From Nageia nagi (lineage: Eukaryota > Plantae > Pinophyta), in the NCBI GenBank assembly GCA_050084985.1, contig JBITNC010000001.1, positions 42,966,001-43,030,000 on the forward strand: a DNA stretch of 64,000 nt. The letters are read 5' to 3'. The notes under the pieces are model-generated. The model did no database searches. It saw only the letters and a list, made by a program, of their open reading frames with translations, and was not told the origin of the DNA. Shown here in pieces: positions 1 to 14,169 of this stretch. Position numbers and translations under genes: made by a program. Numbering within the stretch: the first letter of the stretch is position 1; every line of letters starts with the position of its first letter.

Positions 1-3000
1 AGAAGATTTGAATACTTCATAATTCCTTACAAGTATTACTTCATTAGAATAGACTTTATGTATGATGCAAAGATAAGTAATGAAACAACAAAAAATATTA
101 AAAACTTTACTCAAGGAAGTCTAAAATATCAATAAAGATGTTGGAAGGAAATAAAATAAAGAAAGAAAAAGGAATAAATGTAAATCATATGAATCTTATG
201 ATTTAGTCTTCAAAAGAAAAAAATTAGAATCAGAGAAAAGATTTAGAACTAAGATGATGAATTCACCAAACAAGAACCCTCAAAAATAAAGGAAGTACCT
301 AAATATGGTTTTTGGGTATGTGTTGGAAATCCCTACTAGTTGAAATATCCTCACTTGGAAAAGTTTAGAGACTCTACCTACTTTTCCACTTATGAACCAA
401 AAAAATCAAAATAGTATATTACCTTTTTTTCCAGTTTAATATTTTCTTTTAAATCTTTAAATATATTAAAAATAAGATTTTTTTATATGCTAAAAATATA
501 AAATTCTTTGACAGTAAGGTCAAGGATAGAGAATGATTTATATATATATGTGATAAATAGTTTTTGAAACCTTAAGAAAACCTTTAGGCAAATGAATTAA
601 ACATGAATAAAAATGTTTATCCTACATTGTTAAAGAGTATGAAGAAGAATAGATTGTAACCAAGAACTTCCTAAAAAGACCAGTAAATTTCAAATAAAAT
701 AAAAAACAAATGTATACTATACTATGAAAAGATAAAATTTCTAGGATAAAATATTTAGTTTACTATAGTATGACAAGATGAAAGAGATCAAGAAAGGGAA
801 ATACCTATTGAAATAAGAAAGGAAAATAGATCGCTATCAAAACTTGAATAGTTGAACCACAAGAATAAGAGGAAGAGATAACGATTCAAAATTTGTTGGA
901 TTTATTGAAAGAAAATGGGAATAAGGAACTTAAATAAATGAAAACCCCTACTAAAGAATATAACAAGGGATGTAACAAACATAGTGTAAAGAGATATTTT
1001 CCTCTCTTTTGTGGGAGAAATATGCCTATATTCACTCCTAAAATTATAAACTATCTTTGTAACAAGAATAACAAGATGATCATATCAAACAAAGAACCTG
1101 AAGAGGTAAAAAATGAGGAAATCATTTCATAAAAGTTAAACAATTGAGAGTGGATAAGAAGAAAGGACTTTCATATGCAAGAAATAAAATGATCCTTTCA
1201 TGATATTATCATGAGATGTTGTTAAACATTTGATATGTAATATATATATTATGTTATGAAATTTCAATGTATGGAAATGATTATTGTAAGTGATAGGTTA
1301 AATCTTAAGGAAATATACAAATGATTGAATAATTTCAACCTAGGTGGATCAAAATTATCTTAGTGGTGGGATAAGATCATAATATAAAAATTTAAGAGAA
1401 AATACAAGGATGTGTTTGATGTGGTAATTGATTACCATAATAGGTTTTATCCTAATAATTTTGATAGTGATAACCTCTAACCTTCAAATTTGGTAAATGA
1501 TGCCACAAACAATTTAGCTAAGAGTCATAAGATGAAGTTTTGGTACTTTTAATGACCTAAAAAAAAGTCTATAAGCTTGTTAAAAACTTTGTATTTTAAT
1601 CAAATAATAGTGAAGGATTAATAAACATTCTTTAATGGGAATTAGATTGTCAATAATCCACTCAAAATGATTGTTCAAAATCAAATTTTGTAATTTGAAT
1701 TACAAAGAGCAATGTGATTGAAGCATTTGGTTATTAGACATTATTTTCATTTTATAAAAAATTATTCTATCTTATGCTTGATCAACCAAGATAAGATGAT
1801 CTTATACATTTAAAATGGTGAGGACATATGTGATTTATCACATGTACAAGGGTGAGATAATCAAAAATCAATGAAATAATATACATATATAAGGATGAAT
1901 TAAATTTTATGCTTCATCCACCATATGAATTGGTTCTTTAATTAAACAAAAGAAGATGTTAAAATGGATAAACAAAAGGCTCAAGTGATGATCCAATAGT
2001 GAAAAAATAAAAGATTAATTCAAAATTATTTGAATAGAACTAAAATATGGTCTCTACATATTCTTTATATAAACCATATACTTTTAAGAATTGATCTATA
2101 AGAACAATCAAAATCATCATTTGGAAAAGAGTCTAGAAGTCAATACTCCTCCTATCACCAAACCCATCAATGATGACATATGTCTTTTAGGTATCTTTGT
2201 AAATGAAATGTATTCTTAATTTTTCTCATGTATGAAATGTTTCTTGATTTACAGATGGGGTATCTCCTAGAAAGTAATTTTTCTCTATTTGAGACTTTAG
2301 GAATAGAAAGTGGAGAAATGGGAAAAGAGATAAGTGATACCCTTACATTAAATATGCATCTATATGAAATAATTATCTTCCCATTGTGAATAAAATTAAA
2401 TAATAATTATATCATAAAATTGGAATACTTTTTCATTGATAAATAGCTATGTTAATGTATCATCTCTTATAAGATATACTTTGAAATGTGATTAACAAAA
2501 TGGTTTACCTTTTGAACATATGTTCTTAGATAAATAAATATTTCTTATAATTAAGACATGATAAAACTAGACTCCATGGTCAATGAATAGAGGTAGTCAT
2601 TAAGTTCACTACCCATCAAGGTCTAAAATAGAGTAAAGGAAAAATTAAATAGATGCTTTGTTGGTTGAGAACAATACATGTATATGAGAATATAAGATAG
2701 TTTGCATTGCATAATGAAAATAGCTATCCTGATCCTTAAATTTTTGAAACTACTAGTACTTACAACCTTCAATCCTTAAGTATACCTTGTGAAATAGAAG
2801 TTTAAGCATACCTTGTGAAATAGAAGTTCAAGTAGAGCTTGAAGCAATAATTCTTGATGAAGATTTGTATATCTTATGAAACCTTATTTGTATTATGTAT
2901 AGACCTTAAGATGTAAATGATGTAAAGGGAAAGACATAGACTATGATTTAAGAATAAATTATCTTCAATAAATAAGTATTAGGTATAATATGTATAATAT

Positions 3001-3545
3001 GGAAATATATTATCAAAATTAAATTTCAACCATAATTATGACCTTATGTATTAGGATGTGATCCATATATCCTATGAAGAAATTTTGTTAGAAGAATTAG
3101 TTTGAATGCATGAGTATAAATTTTGCAATAGTAGGTTTATGAAACCTAATGGCAAGTTAAATATATTTTGATAGGAAATATGTATCCCTAAGTTTATAAA
3201 TATTACCATGTTTGAATAAAATTTATTTGGAAATAACTTTATGGATTTGATATATTTGAGTGCACAAGATGTAGCATTCGAGATATGATTACAAATATGG
3301 AATATAGGGATAATTAAACAAGAATGTAAATGTATTAATAGAACACCTAATTATAACATTGATATTATAGTTATGGAATGAGAATGTGTATAATGTTTAA
3401 ATATTATTATATTGTAAGGTAGTAGAAAAATAATTAGCTTTATTTTGAGAATCAATTCAATCAAATGTAATATTAGGTATCTTAAACAAATTATGATAGA
3501 ATCCTTGAGTTTGACAAATAGAAACCTTATCAAAAGGGTGGGGTC
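1..3545 (+). pseudogene. Heavily decayed Ty3/gypsy gag-pol relic (RT, RNase H, integrase remnants; probably non-chromovirus)
   Basis: Eroded motifs in gypsy order: KYKDVF (~1400), RT C-terminus HFIKNYS (~1745-1770), RNase H-like ~1910-2190, integrase PNGK/QV (~3145). No long ORF. Boundaries approximate. Confidence 0.55.
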
Positions 3546-3841
3546 AAGAGAATCTCATAGATAGCAACTTCAAGCCCTTACTTTTTATAAAAAAGTTAGC
3601 TAGATTATATCTATAACTAACTCAACTACTTGTAAAAAATCCACTATACTTTTTAAAATTATTTTATCCTATCACACAATGTATGTGGGTTAATATACTT
3701 TAAGGGTATGGAAAGAGAAACATCCACTTTACCCTTAACACATTTATATTGAGAAGCAAGGTGTTTCAAATTATTGTTAATATTCTTAGACAATTTGATT
3801 AATGTTGGTAGTCATAAAACTAGCAGTGATCATCATAGTAT

Positions 3842-4330
3842 TGTTGGAATGTATAATGCATTATTGTAAAGGTTTGTATTAAATATTCTATGTAAATTCA
3901 CTATTACTTAAGGGTATCATTTGATACCTTAATTATTTAAGTGAATATGATAATGTAACTTGTCCTACATTCCATGTCATGAGCAAGCCCCTTGGGTAAA
4001 AGGATATGCATGTCATGCTTTTGTACATTGGATAAAAGGGTGATCCAAAGAGGTATTTTGGCCTATAAATATAAGGCTCCCCCTTTATGATTACACACCA
4101 ATTATAGAGTAAATTTATGCTATAGGATAGAAGTGTAGGAGTTGAGATTAGGAGGATTGTAAGAGAATTGTATTTGTGATTGAAGTAAAGATCTAGTTAG
4201 TGGATGTACTCCTAGCTGGAGGAACCACTTTACATCTTGAGTTACTTTATGAGTTTGTTAGATGTGAATTGAGAGCTTTCATGTGATATTGGTAGTTTAG
4301 GATTGTTCTTGTTATACTTCAATTCTCTCA
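3842..4330 (+). repeat. 5' LTR of copia A
   Basis: Ungapped match to 12485-12973 with about 30 substitutions counted by eye (~6%). TATAAATA at 4064-4071. Confidence 0.96.
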
Positions 4331-4332
4331 TT

Positions 4333-4344
4333 TGGTATCAGAGC
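4333..4344 (+). promoter_or_regulatory. Primer binding site, tRNA-iMet
   Basis: TGGTATCAGAGC 2 nt after the LTR end. Confidence 0.95.
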
Positions 4345-6277
4345 ACCTTGAAAGCTCCTCTTCTCATCCTTGGTGTGGAGATGTTCTTCCTTCAATCTTG
4401 TGATCTTGTTGAGGTAAAATTCAAGATAAGGTATAATCTACTATATACATTCTCCTTCATTTGTTTTTCTTATGGCACATTTCACTAATGTTACTAACAC
4501 ATTTTTTTTGAGTATGTTAGTCATTTCTTATATATATGAGAAAAAAAAAATTTAAAAGGGGGAAATATATATTGTGTATCAATCTCTCATTGGAAATGTG
4601 TATTAATATATTGCTATGCAATTTCTTTTCCTAACATGATTTGTGTTAGTTGCATTTTTTTTGGTAAAAATGTCCTTAAAGTAGCAATATTTGTTGCTGC
4701 ATTTTTTTAGTAACATATCTTATTGTTAGTTGCCTTTTTTAATATATATATATTACTATTTTTTTGCATATATTTAATATTTAAAGGTTTTATTATGAGC
4801 TAAGAAAATTATATTTATTTTTCCTCCAAACATTATATGCAAATAAAAATTATACAAAATTATAATGCATTTTTTTAGTGCTACCTTAAAAAGCTACATT
4901 CAACAAAAAATTGAAAGGTTTTTTTTGTTGTTTCAAAGATTATTGAATATTTTTCCCCCATGCCTATGGATTCCCATCATAGCCTCTCTCATCATGTAGA
5001 ACCTTTCTCCTCATGCTTGGTAGTGGTAGACTCCTATGTAGTGGGACTTAGTCTCGCTTGATGGAGAGCCCTTAACATCTCTAAGTAGAATCAGTAGCCC
5101 ATCTCACCTCCATAGTATATTTTCTTCACCTTCATTCTAACCATGTAGCCCTTGTGACTTATTCTTCACCCTTATAGCTCTACCAACCATAACTACTTGT
5201 GACTTCATTCGTATCTAATTTGCATCATTGGTTTCTACACTCTTGGGTAGAGAGGGACCTCATGCCCATGTTCTAATCCTGACCACATGGTCTCTTATCT
5301 TTGACTATAATTTTCTCCACTTGCATTTTTTTTGTCAATCATGTTGACCTCTACCTTTGAATTGGTCTCCATCCCTACAACATTTTTTACAACTAGTAAC
5401 TAGCCTAGCATTGCTCTACTCATAGTTGGTGGTCCAAATCAAATGATGCTAGAACCTCCCTTCCTAGCTTTGCATGATTCTTCACCTAGGTTCTTGTGAC
5501 CTATCCATGCCTCTATCCAATGTTGTACCAACTATGTGATCCCTATTTATGTGTCCCTCTACCAATACCTCCTATCCTTTACCAGTGTGGCCCATCGTAG
5601 TGCCTCTCTTCTCCTATGTAGCCTCTACCTCCCTTTGCTCCTAAACCTTGCAATTTTTTGACATAGTCATTTTTTTTCAAAAAAAAATGTGCCCCTTCTT
5701 TTTAATCAATCACATTTAATTTTTTGGGTTGCTTGCACACTTTCTTTTTCATCTTAAGGGGCTCTCATTTAATGATCTAGTAGGTACATTTATTTTGTTG
5801 CTTACAAGAAAACTTATCATCATTACTACCTACTTTAAATGCTTGGAGTGTTTAAGGGAATTTCATGTGCCTTAATGACTTAGTGTGCTTAGAAGAAAAA
5901 TGCATTAATGGCTGAGTCAAAGTGTTTATTTTTTCAAACATGCCAATTTTTTAGGAAAGATATTTTACTTGAGATATTGTACTTAAGTATATTTTTTAAT
6001 GTCAAAATTAATTTTTTACTTGACATTAAAGGGTAATGCCTAGATGTATTTATCATCATCATTGCTAAGTGTTAAAAATTAAAATGCATAATTCCTTCTA
6101 TATGATATTATGATAGGTATTTTTTTTACCTTGAAGTAAAAGTACATTCGCAATTACTTAAATTTTTTTTTAGGTACTTATCATATTGCTTAAAGATCAT
6201 TTTAAAGTAAAAGGAGGGAGAAATATTTGTGAAATTCCTTTACTTTAAAATTTTTAGGGACTTAGATTTTTTAAGTC

Positions 6278-6400
6278 AATAATGCATGCTTAGAACTTAA
6301 AAATTTTAAGTTAAAATAATAATGCATGCTTAGTACATAAGTTGGAATAATGCATGCTTATTACTTAAGTTGGAATAATGTATGTTTATTACTTAAGTTA
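6278..6400. repeat. ~28-bp tandem repeat (about 4 copies) in copia A 5' leader
   Basis: aataatgcatgctta(g/t)tac(a/t)taagttgg repeated. Confidence 0.8.
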
Positions 6401-7353
6401 TAATGGCTTTTACTTCCTTATGCAATTTATGGAAATGTTACATGGTATACTTGATAGGATATCTTCAAGTTATGCATGTTTGTGCTTGAGTATTTTGTTT
6501 ATGCTTATGTATTTATTTCTTATGCAAAGTTAATAAATAAACTTATGCAAAAATAAGAATGATGTAAAGATGTCCTTTAAGGGTTGGTAAACAAAACCCA
6601 TTGGACACTTAGGTTTCAAATTTAATGGATGATGTTTTATTTATGCTTCTTACTTCATGTTTCATTTTTTGCTTATGCAAATAAAAATGCAAATATTAAT
6701 TTGAGAAATGCCTTAAAATGAACACATCTACATGTACATTCTACAACATGACTTGTTTAGGGAGCCATGAGGTGAGGACAAGTGTACTAGAGCCTTTAAG
6801 TTTGACAATCCAAGTGGTGAAAAGATCATACTTTTTAATTGCCCCTAAGTTCTTTGTTGGTCTAGACATAACTCTATTAGGTGGACAAGCATGTGTGTAG
6901 TGATACCACATGTCCATTCAAGGATTATACAAATAACCTAGGAGGACAACTTGAAACTTAATCAAGATTAATAATTTGGCCAATCCAATAAATGTCAAAA
7001 CCTTTGAAAATAGCTAGTAATTCTCCTTGTGAGAATATATTATTGCCCAGGGGGAACTAGTTGAGGATTGATAGTACTTAGGCTCCTCTTGTGTGGGCAT
7101 CTAGATGAAGCCTTAATTTTAGATAAGAAAATAAGCCTTAACAATGTCACTCTACATCTATGGTTCTTGAGATGAGAAATGTATTTGAGTACATGGGTTA
7201 TTATTTGAATTGTAAAAACATTTGCACTTGTGAATCAAATTAAGAATGTCTTTAGTGTTAAATATAACATGTATTATTTACTTGGTTAAAACTTAACATT
7301 TAATATTATTTATTGAAACCACATGCTTATTATTTCACATTCTTGTGTAGCAA

Positions 7354-10300
7354 ATGGAAAAATCCTTTTTACCCAAACATATTCTTGATGGTTCCAACTA
7401 TGAGATTTGGGAACCTTAAATGAGAGCTGAATTATAGGTAAGAAAGCTTTGACAAATAGTGAATGAAAACCTTATACCTCCTATAGATGAGAAGGCACTA
7501 GAGGCTTACAACATAAAGAATGAGTTAGCAACCTCCATGATTTACCATGCAATTTTAGATGATGTGCTCCTAATAATTTCAACCTCGATAAAGGAAGCAT
7601 GGGATAAGCGTAAGAAAATCTACCTTTGGTTCAAACTTTTGAAGAAGGTTTACAATTCTCTAAAAGTTGCTTCAATCTTATCAAGGGGAAGATGAAAATA
7701 TGGCTATCTACCTGAATAAAATCATTGACTTAAAAACTTGTCATTTGTTTTTAAATTATATACTATGGAGCAATGGAACACATAAAATATTGCAAAAAAT
7801 ATAAACATAAAAAATGCATAAATAAGAGAGACACAGATATACGTGGTTCACCCAGTTTGGGCTACATCCACCCTGAACAGCCAGTCCTTCCTTTCTATTA
7901 TCTAATAAAATGAAGAGATATAACCTATAGCAGATCTATTGTAATATCCTTTATTTTCTCCTCATGTCTCACGTCTCTATTTCTCACTCACCAATCACGT
8001 CTATTACAATGTCCTTATACAAAGAGAGGAGTTACCATTTAGGGAAAAAAGAAACCCTAAACTAAACATAAGTTCTACCATCAGATCATCCCCCTAATGA
8101 ACAGCCCATTTTGACTAGAAATTACTATACTTTTACAAGATGATTTTACATCTATTTTTAGCTTCAAGGGTGCTACCCCCAAACCCCCACCGAGGGACCG
8201 CTGGCCCCTGGACCCCCCAGCTGGGGGGGATGGTCCCCCCTGAACCCCTGCAGGGGGGATAAGTCCCCCCTGCAACCCCCCTATGTGGAGGGGTGTACAA
8301 ACTTCCTAGGGTATACATCCAGCTAAAACAAAGAACTCTAAATAATCATGCTCCACACACAACATCAATTATGAGTGCAATTGGATCAATGATGAGTTCA
8401 TATTCTTTACTAATCTTCAAAGTTTAAAAACTTTGTAACAGTTATGGAAATAAGGCTTGATGATGAAAAATAAGTCTTCTCCCTTAAGAATATTTTTAGG
8501 CTCCTATTGAAGCATGGGGAAACTCTTATCCATGATTTGCTCTTTTTTGTCTAATTGGATTGTTGATTCTGGTTGCACTAATCACCTATGCTTTGAAAAA
8601 AAAAATTGTGAACTTTCACAAGTATAAAAAGGATGTAGTTATGATAGGTGATAACTCTACCTTTGAAGTCCAAGGAATTGGGAGTGTACTGATTCATGGA
8701 AAGGTTCTTGAAAATGTTCTCTATGTTCCTAAGTTAATAATGAACCTTCTCTTTCTCATCCAAATTACTATAAAAAAGATACTTTTTTAAGTTCAACTCT
8801 CAATCCTAGTTCATTAAGAAAGGACTTGCCACTTTGGTTAAAGGATCTATGAAAGATAACCTCTACATTATGGATCAAGTTCCATCAAAGATGTGTCTTG
8901 CTTCTAGCATGTGTTATAAAGGCAATCTTTGGCACCATCATTTAGGGCACCTTAACCATAAGAGTATTCAAATCATGAAAGACCAAGAACTTGTGGAAGG
9001 TTTACCTTCAATTTTTTCTTTGGTTGGTCTATACAAGAAGTACATTCTTGGCAAAATGCATAGACAAAAGTTTGAAAAAGATAAGGCAACAAGAGCATCT
9101 CAACCTCTTCAACTTGTGTATTTAGATTTGATGGATCTATTTTAGACTAAGTCACTTGGATGAGCATCTTATGTCTTGATTTTCATTGATGGCTTTAGTA
9201 GGATGACCTTTGGTATCTACTTGAGCACAAGGATCAAACCTTTATAAGTTTTAAAGTTTTTAAGGCCTTTGTTGAGAATTAAACTAACCTCAAAATCAAG
9301 ATGTTGAGATTAGATAATGGAGGAGAATATAATAGTAATAAGTTCAATGACTATTTTGCTATGTATGGAGTCAAGAGGTAGTTTACAATTCCATACATTC
9401 TTCAATAGAATGATATTTTTGAAAAGAAAAATAGAACAATTATGGAGATGGCTAGATGCATTTTGAGTAATATTCCTAAGTTCTTATGGAATGAAGCTAT
9501 GAGCACTATAATTTATACCTTGAATAGGTGTCTTACAAAATATGTTTAGAGTAAAACTCATTTTGAAACATGGTCAAAAATAAAACCTAATATTTCTCAC
9601 CTTAGGGTGTTTGGTTGTGAAGCTTTCTCCTATATTATTTATGACAAAAGAAAGAAGTTGGATAAAAGAACTGAAAAATGCATTTTTGTAGGTTATGATA
9701 GTTAGTATGGAGGCTATAGGCTCTACTCTCTAACCTATAAAGAAATATTCATTTCAAGGGATGTAAAGTTTAATGAACTTCCTAAAGAATCTACTTCTAA
9801 TGAGATTGTTGATGATCTAGAGGACTCTTCAGTTACTCTTAGTTGGTTTAATATTGATATAGACAAGTCACCTTAGAAACAAAATTCTCCAACACAAAGG
9901 GTAACAAGAAGCATGACCTTAAACAAATCTTTAATTACTAAAATAAACAACAAACATGAGCCTTCAACCTTCAAAGAAGCTTCTAAGCATGAGTGCTGGA
10001 TGGAAGCCATGAAAGTCGAGTATGAGGTGCTTATGAAAAATAAAACTTAAGACTTAGTTCTTTATCCTAATAAAAAGAATGTGATTAGCAATAAGTGGAT
10101 CTACAAGGTCAAGTTCAATTTAGTAGGAGATATTGAGAAATGTAAGGCAAGGTTAGTAGCTAAAGGATTTACTCAAAAATATGATGTAGATTATGAGAAA
10201 ACCTTTGCTCCCATGGTAAAGATGCCTACTATAAGAGTTATCCTGGCTCTTTATATAGCTTAAAGATGAAAAGTTTTTCAACTTGACATCAAGAGTGCAT

Positions 10301-11490
10301 TTCTCAATGGTGAATTAGATGTGAAAATCTTTATGAATCAACTAGAAGGGTTTATTATGGAAGGTAAAGAGTCCTTTGTGTGTAAGATAAAGAAATCCTT
10401 GTATGGATTTAAGCAAACACCTAGAGCCTAGTATAGAAAGATTTTAGGGTACTTTATAAACATTGATTTCTCCAAGTATTTTTTTGAATTTGATCTATAT
10501 GTGCTCAATCAAGGAAAAGATGTGGTCTTGATACTCCTTTATGTGGATGATCTTTTGATTATTGGAAACAATGATGAAATCATTCAAGAGTGCATACCCA
10601 AACTTAAGGCAATGTTTGAAATGATTGATCTTGGTCTCTTGCACTACTATCTTGGAATGAAAGTGTATCAATACAAGGATTGTACTTACCTTAGTTAATA
10701 TAAGTATATATCAGACATCTTGCAAAAGTTTGGAATGGAGTGTAGATATGCTGTAATCCTAATCTCTTCTAAAATCATTATTTCTCTAAGCTCTAACACT
10801 TAGTTAGCTGATACTATAGCTTACAGGTAATTAATTAGTAGTCTTTTGTATTTGACTATATCCAGACTAGATGTTGCCTTTGCAATGAATCTAATGGCAT
10901 GATTCATGTAGAAACCTTATGTTGAGCACCTCAATGTTGTTAAGCAAATCTTGAGGTATGTTGTAAGGATTAAGGATCTTGCTCTCAAGTATTCCAAGTT
11001 ACCCTCATTTGTTCTCTCTAGATTCTCAAATTTTGACTATAGAGGAGATAGATATGATAAGAATTCAACCTCTATGTATGTGTTTAGCATTGGTTTAAGT
11101 GCTATCTCTTGAGCTTGTAAGAATTAACCTACTATTTCTCTTTTCACCATAGAAGTTGAATATCATGCCATGTCTATTGTAGCCTAAGAATCCATTTAAC
11201 TAAGGCATCTTCTAAAAGAAATTAGGTATGAGTAAGGTGGCTCATCTTTGATCTTCTCAAATAATCAATCAGCTATTTATTTGGATAAAAATCCAATATT
11301 CCATCAAATAATAAAACATGTAGAAATTTATGCCTATTTTATTAGGGAGAAGGTTCTTGATGGCATCATACACCTGGTGTATTATCCATTCACCTTGAAC
11401 TCTATTGATTTGTTCACCAAACCCCTCCTAGGAAGCTTAGTTTTGTAAGCTTTAAGATGCTATCAAGTTGGTGAAGTTGCCCTCAAGGGG
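7354..11490 (+). pseudogene. Copia A gag-pol polyprotein, disrupted
   Basis: MEK..LDGSNYEIW at 7354; protease WIVDSGCTNH ~8555; LWHHHLGHLN; RT KARLVAKGFTQKY and LYVDDLL; RNase H KHVEI and DLFTKPL. Many stops and frameshifts, plus a solo-LTR insertion. Confidence 0.93.
7746..8364 (-). mobile_element. Solo LTR (619 bp) inserted in copia A gag
   Basis: TGTT...AACA termini, TSD tcatt/tcaat. Minus strand carries the tggatgtagccc...gaaccac motif also seen in other LTRs of this window. GC-rich core with retained CpGs. Confidence 0.82.
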
Positions 11491-11671
11491 AAGTGAAGTT
11501 TGAATTCTTGTGTTGAATTAATATTTATGATGATAACTTCACCCCTAGGAGAATTTTATGCTATATAGTGTTGATTTTGTTGTACACCATTATGGTAAGT
11601 TTTCTCTACATGAGAAACTTATTGTACAAAATTTTAAAAGCCAAAAGATTGGCCAATCTTGCACTGTTTGG

Positions 11672-12032
11672 TTATCCATATGTGATGAACTCGTATGTGT
11701 ATGCTCTATTTTGGTCAATCTAGCATTATTTAGTTATCCATATGTGAGGAAATCTATGTGTCATTTGGAACTATTTAGTTATCCATATGTAAGGAACTCA
11801 TATGTGCATGCTCTATTTTGGTCAATCTAGCACTATTTAGTTATCCATATGTGAGGAACTCTTATGTGTCATTTGGCACTATTCAATTATCCATATGTGA
11901 GGAACTCATATGTGCATGCTCTATTTTGATCTAGCACTATTTAGTTATCCATGTGTGAGGAACTCTTATGTGTCTTTTGGAACTATTAAATTATCCATAT
12001 GTGAGAAACTCGTATGTGCATGCTCTATTTTG
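11672..12032. repeat. Dimeric tandem array in copia A 3' UTR (7 monomers, alternating ~62/~46 bp)
   Basis: Shared core ttatccatatgtgaggaactc followed by alternating A and B tails. Confidence 0.92.
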
Positions 12033-12484
12033 TAATGATAATCAACACATCCTATATACAATAGGTGACTATGAGTTTTTAGCATGGCATCTTTGTGATG
12101 ACTTATAGTGCACCATTGATCAGTTCATGATGGAATTTATGTGATTCATCTATCTTTGTTCATATGAATATGATGCATCTAACTAATCTTATTATTTGAG
12201 CTACTTATGACTTATAGGTTCCTTTGAGATTGTAGGTTACTTTAGGTATGCAAGCTCTTAGAGACTCTTCATGACTTCCAAATTTAACTACTTCATGTAC
12301 ATTGAAACTGACTATGGTTAATGATTGTATATGGAAAAGTAGTAAATCTCAAACTAGATCTTTCTTACTTCACAAATATGTAAAAATTTCTTATCTCTAT
12401 TGTATCTATTTGAAGGAGAACTCTCTTACTTTCTCTTCTTCTTCTCTCTTACACACTCTATCCCAATATTACATTAAGGGGGAG

Positions 12485-12973
12485 TGTTGCAATGTATAAT
12501 GCATTATTGTAAAGGTTTGTATTAAATCTTATATGTAAATTCACTATTACTTAAAGGTATCATTTGATACTTTAATTATTTAAATGAATATGATAATGTA
12601 ACTTGTCCTACACTCCATGTCATTAGCAAGCCCCTTGGGTAAAAGGATGTGCATGTCATGCTTTTGTACATTGGATAAAAGGGTGATCCAAAGAGAGATT
12701 TTAGCCTATAAATAGAAGGCTCCCTCTTTGTGATTACACACCAATTGTGGAGTAAAGTTATGCTATAGGATAGAAGTGTAGGAGTTGAGATTAGAAGGAT
12801 TGTAAGAGAGTTGTATTTGTGATTGAAGTAAAGATCTAGTTAGTGGATGTACTCCTAGTTGGAGGAACCACTTTACATCTTGAGTTACTTTGTGAGTTTA
12901 TTAGATGTGAATTGAGAGATTTCATGTGATCTTGGTAGTTTATAATTGTTCTTATTATAGTTCATTTCTCTCA
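12485..12973 (+). repeat. 3' LTR of copia A
   Basis: Preceded by PPT taagggggag (12475-12484); matches 3842-4330. Confidence 0.96.
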
Positions 12974-14169
12974 AGTACCTCATTCACAAGTGCAATGAAC
13001 TTGTGTGATGAACACACTCTAGTACTTTTTCCAATGATATCTATTTAAAGGATATCTTATGGGGAATGTTTTGAATGTGGGATAGAATTATAAAATAGTA
13101 GTTTTCTTATCCTCAAGTATTTACATAGCAGGGATGATATAAATAAAGAATAAAGTAAGAATTAGTTTAATTCCTTACAATTACTTAGTAGATGAGAAAA
13201 TGAATTCTAATCTTTCCTAGGTCTAGTTGTAATCAAACATTTCAAAATGAACTTAAGCACAAACCAACCATTGTGATAAAGGAGTAATGTTCATTCCCTA
13301 AAAATATTTATATCCTCAGTATATGGGCACGAGGATTCAAACCACTAATTGAGGTAAAAAAATAGATATAGGTAGGTTAGTCTTCTTATTGTAGGATTAG
13401 GAATGATAGTTGCATAAATATGCACTAGATGTTCAATAAAAATATATGTCATAATTATCTATAGCCATAGATTGCTACCCTAATAATATATTTCATAATA
13501 TTATATAGGAGAGTTATAAGGTATAGATTAAATCATGCATTACTATGCCCTCAGTGTTCAATATAATATTCCACAAAAAAAAATTATTATGGAAATGATA
13601 CTTGGAAAATAACAACTACCCCTTTTGACTTCCACACCAAAATGTTCATTTTAGCGATAAATGACCATAATGATAGGAAGGTTTTAGTATATTTTTTCTC
13701 ATGCATTTATAGCCTAATGGGCACACTATCAATTGATCAAGCATATAGGTGATGTATCCTAACACTCATAGATAGTATAACAAAACTTGGATTGAGAAAT
13801 TCTTGTTATTTTTGTACTCCATGAAACTACATTTCAAGGACACATACCTCTCACCAAATCACATATAAGTACCATAAGTAAGCATTGCATCAATTATTTT
13901 CCATGGTATATCTAGTGTCTAAATACATTAGTAAATTATAAATCTTCTAAAATTATCATTTAACAATCATGTTCATAGAAATTTAATAAATCAATATTTT
14001 ACTAATCAATTAAATTGAAATATTTCATCTATCTTTTAATTATAGAAAAGGGATGGGGTTAAGGTGAGGAGAAATTTTATGTTTAGGTCATAAGTTAATA
14101 ATATATAAAATTATATGTTTAGCCTAACATTTGCGAGTGTAGAGTAACAGAAACTAAGAAGTATCCAAA

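Larger units (their letters stand above)
3842..12973 (+). mobile_element. Full-length Ty1/copia LTR retrotransposon (element A), ~9.1 kb, inactive
   Basis: Paired 489-bp TG...CA LTRs, TSD agtat (3837-3841)/agtac (12974-12978), PBS 4333-4344, PPT taagggggag before the 3' LTR, gag-PR-INT-RT-RH domain order. Confidence 0.96.

Noticed and set aside
4970-5640. C-rich block in copia A leader as a possible extra ORF
   Set aside because: No ORF of 60 aa or more and no motif; more likely a deaminated GC-rich leader.
8081-8318. Gly/Pro-rich ORFs of 61-64 aa
   Set aside because: By-product of GC-rich repeats inside a solo LTR.
11672-12032. CRISPR-like repeat/spacer appearance
   Set aside because: The spacers alternate between two repeated sequences, there are no cas genes, and the array lies inside a plant retrotransposon UTR.
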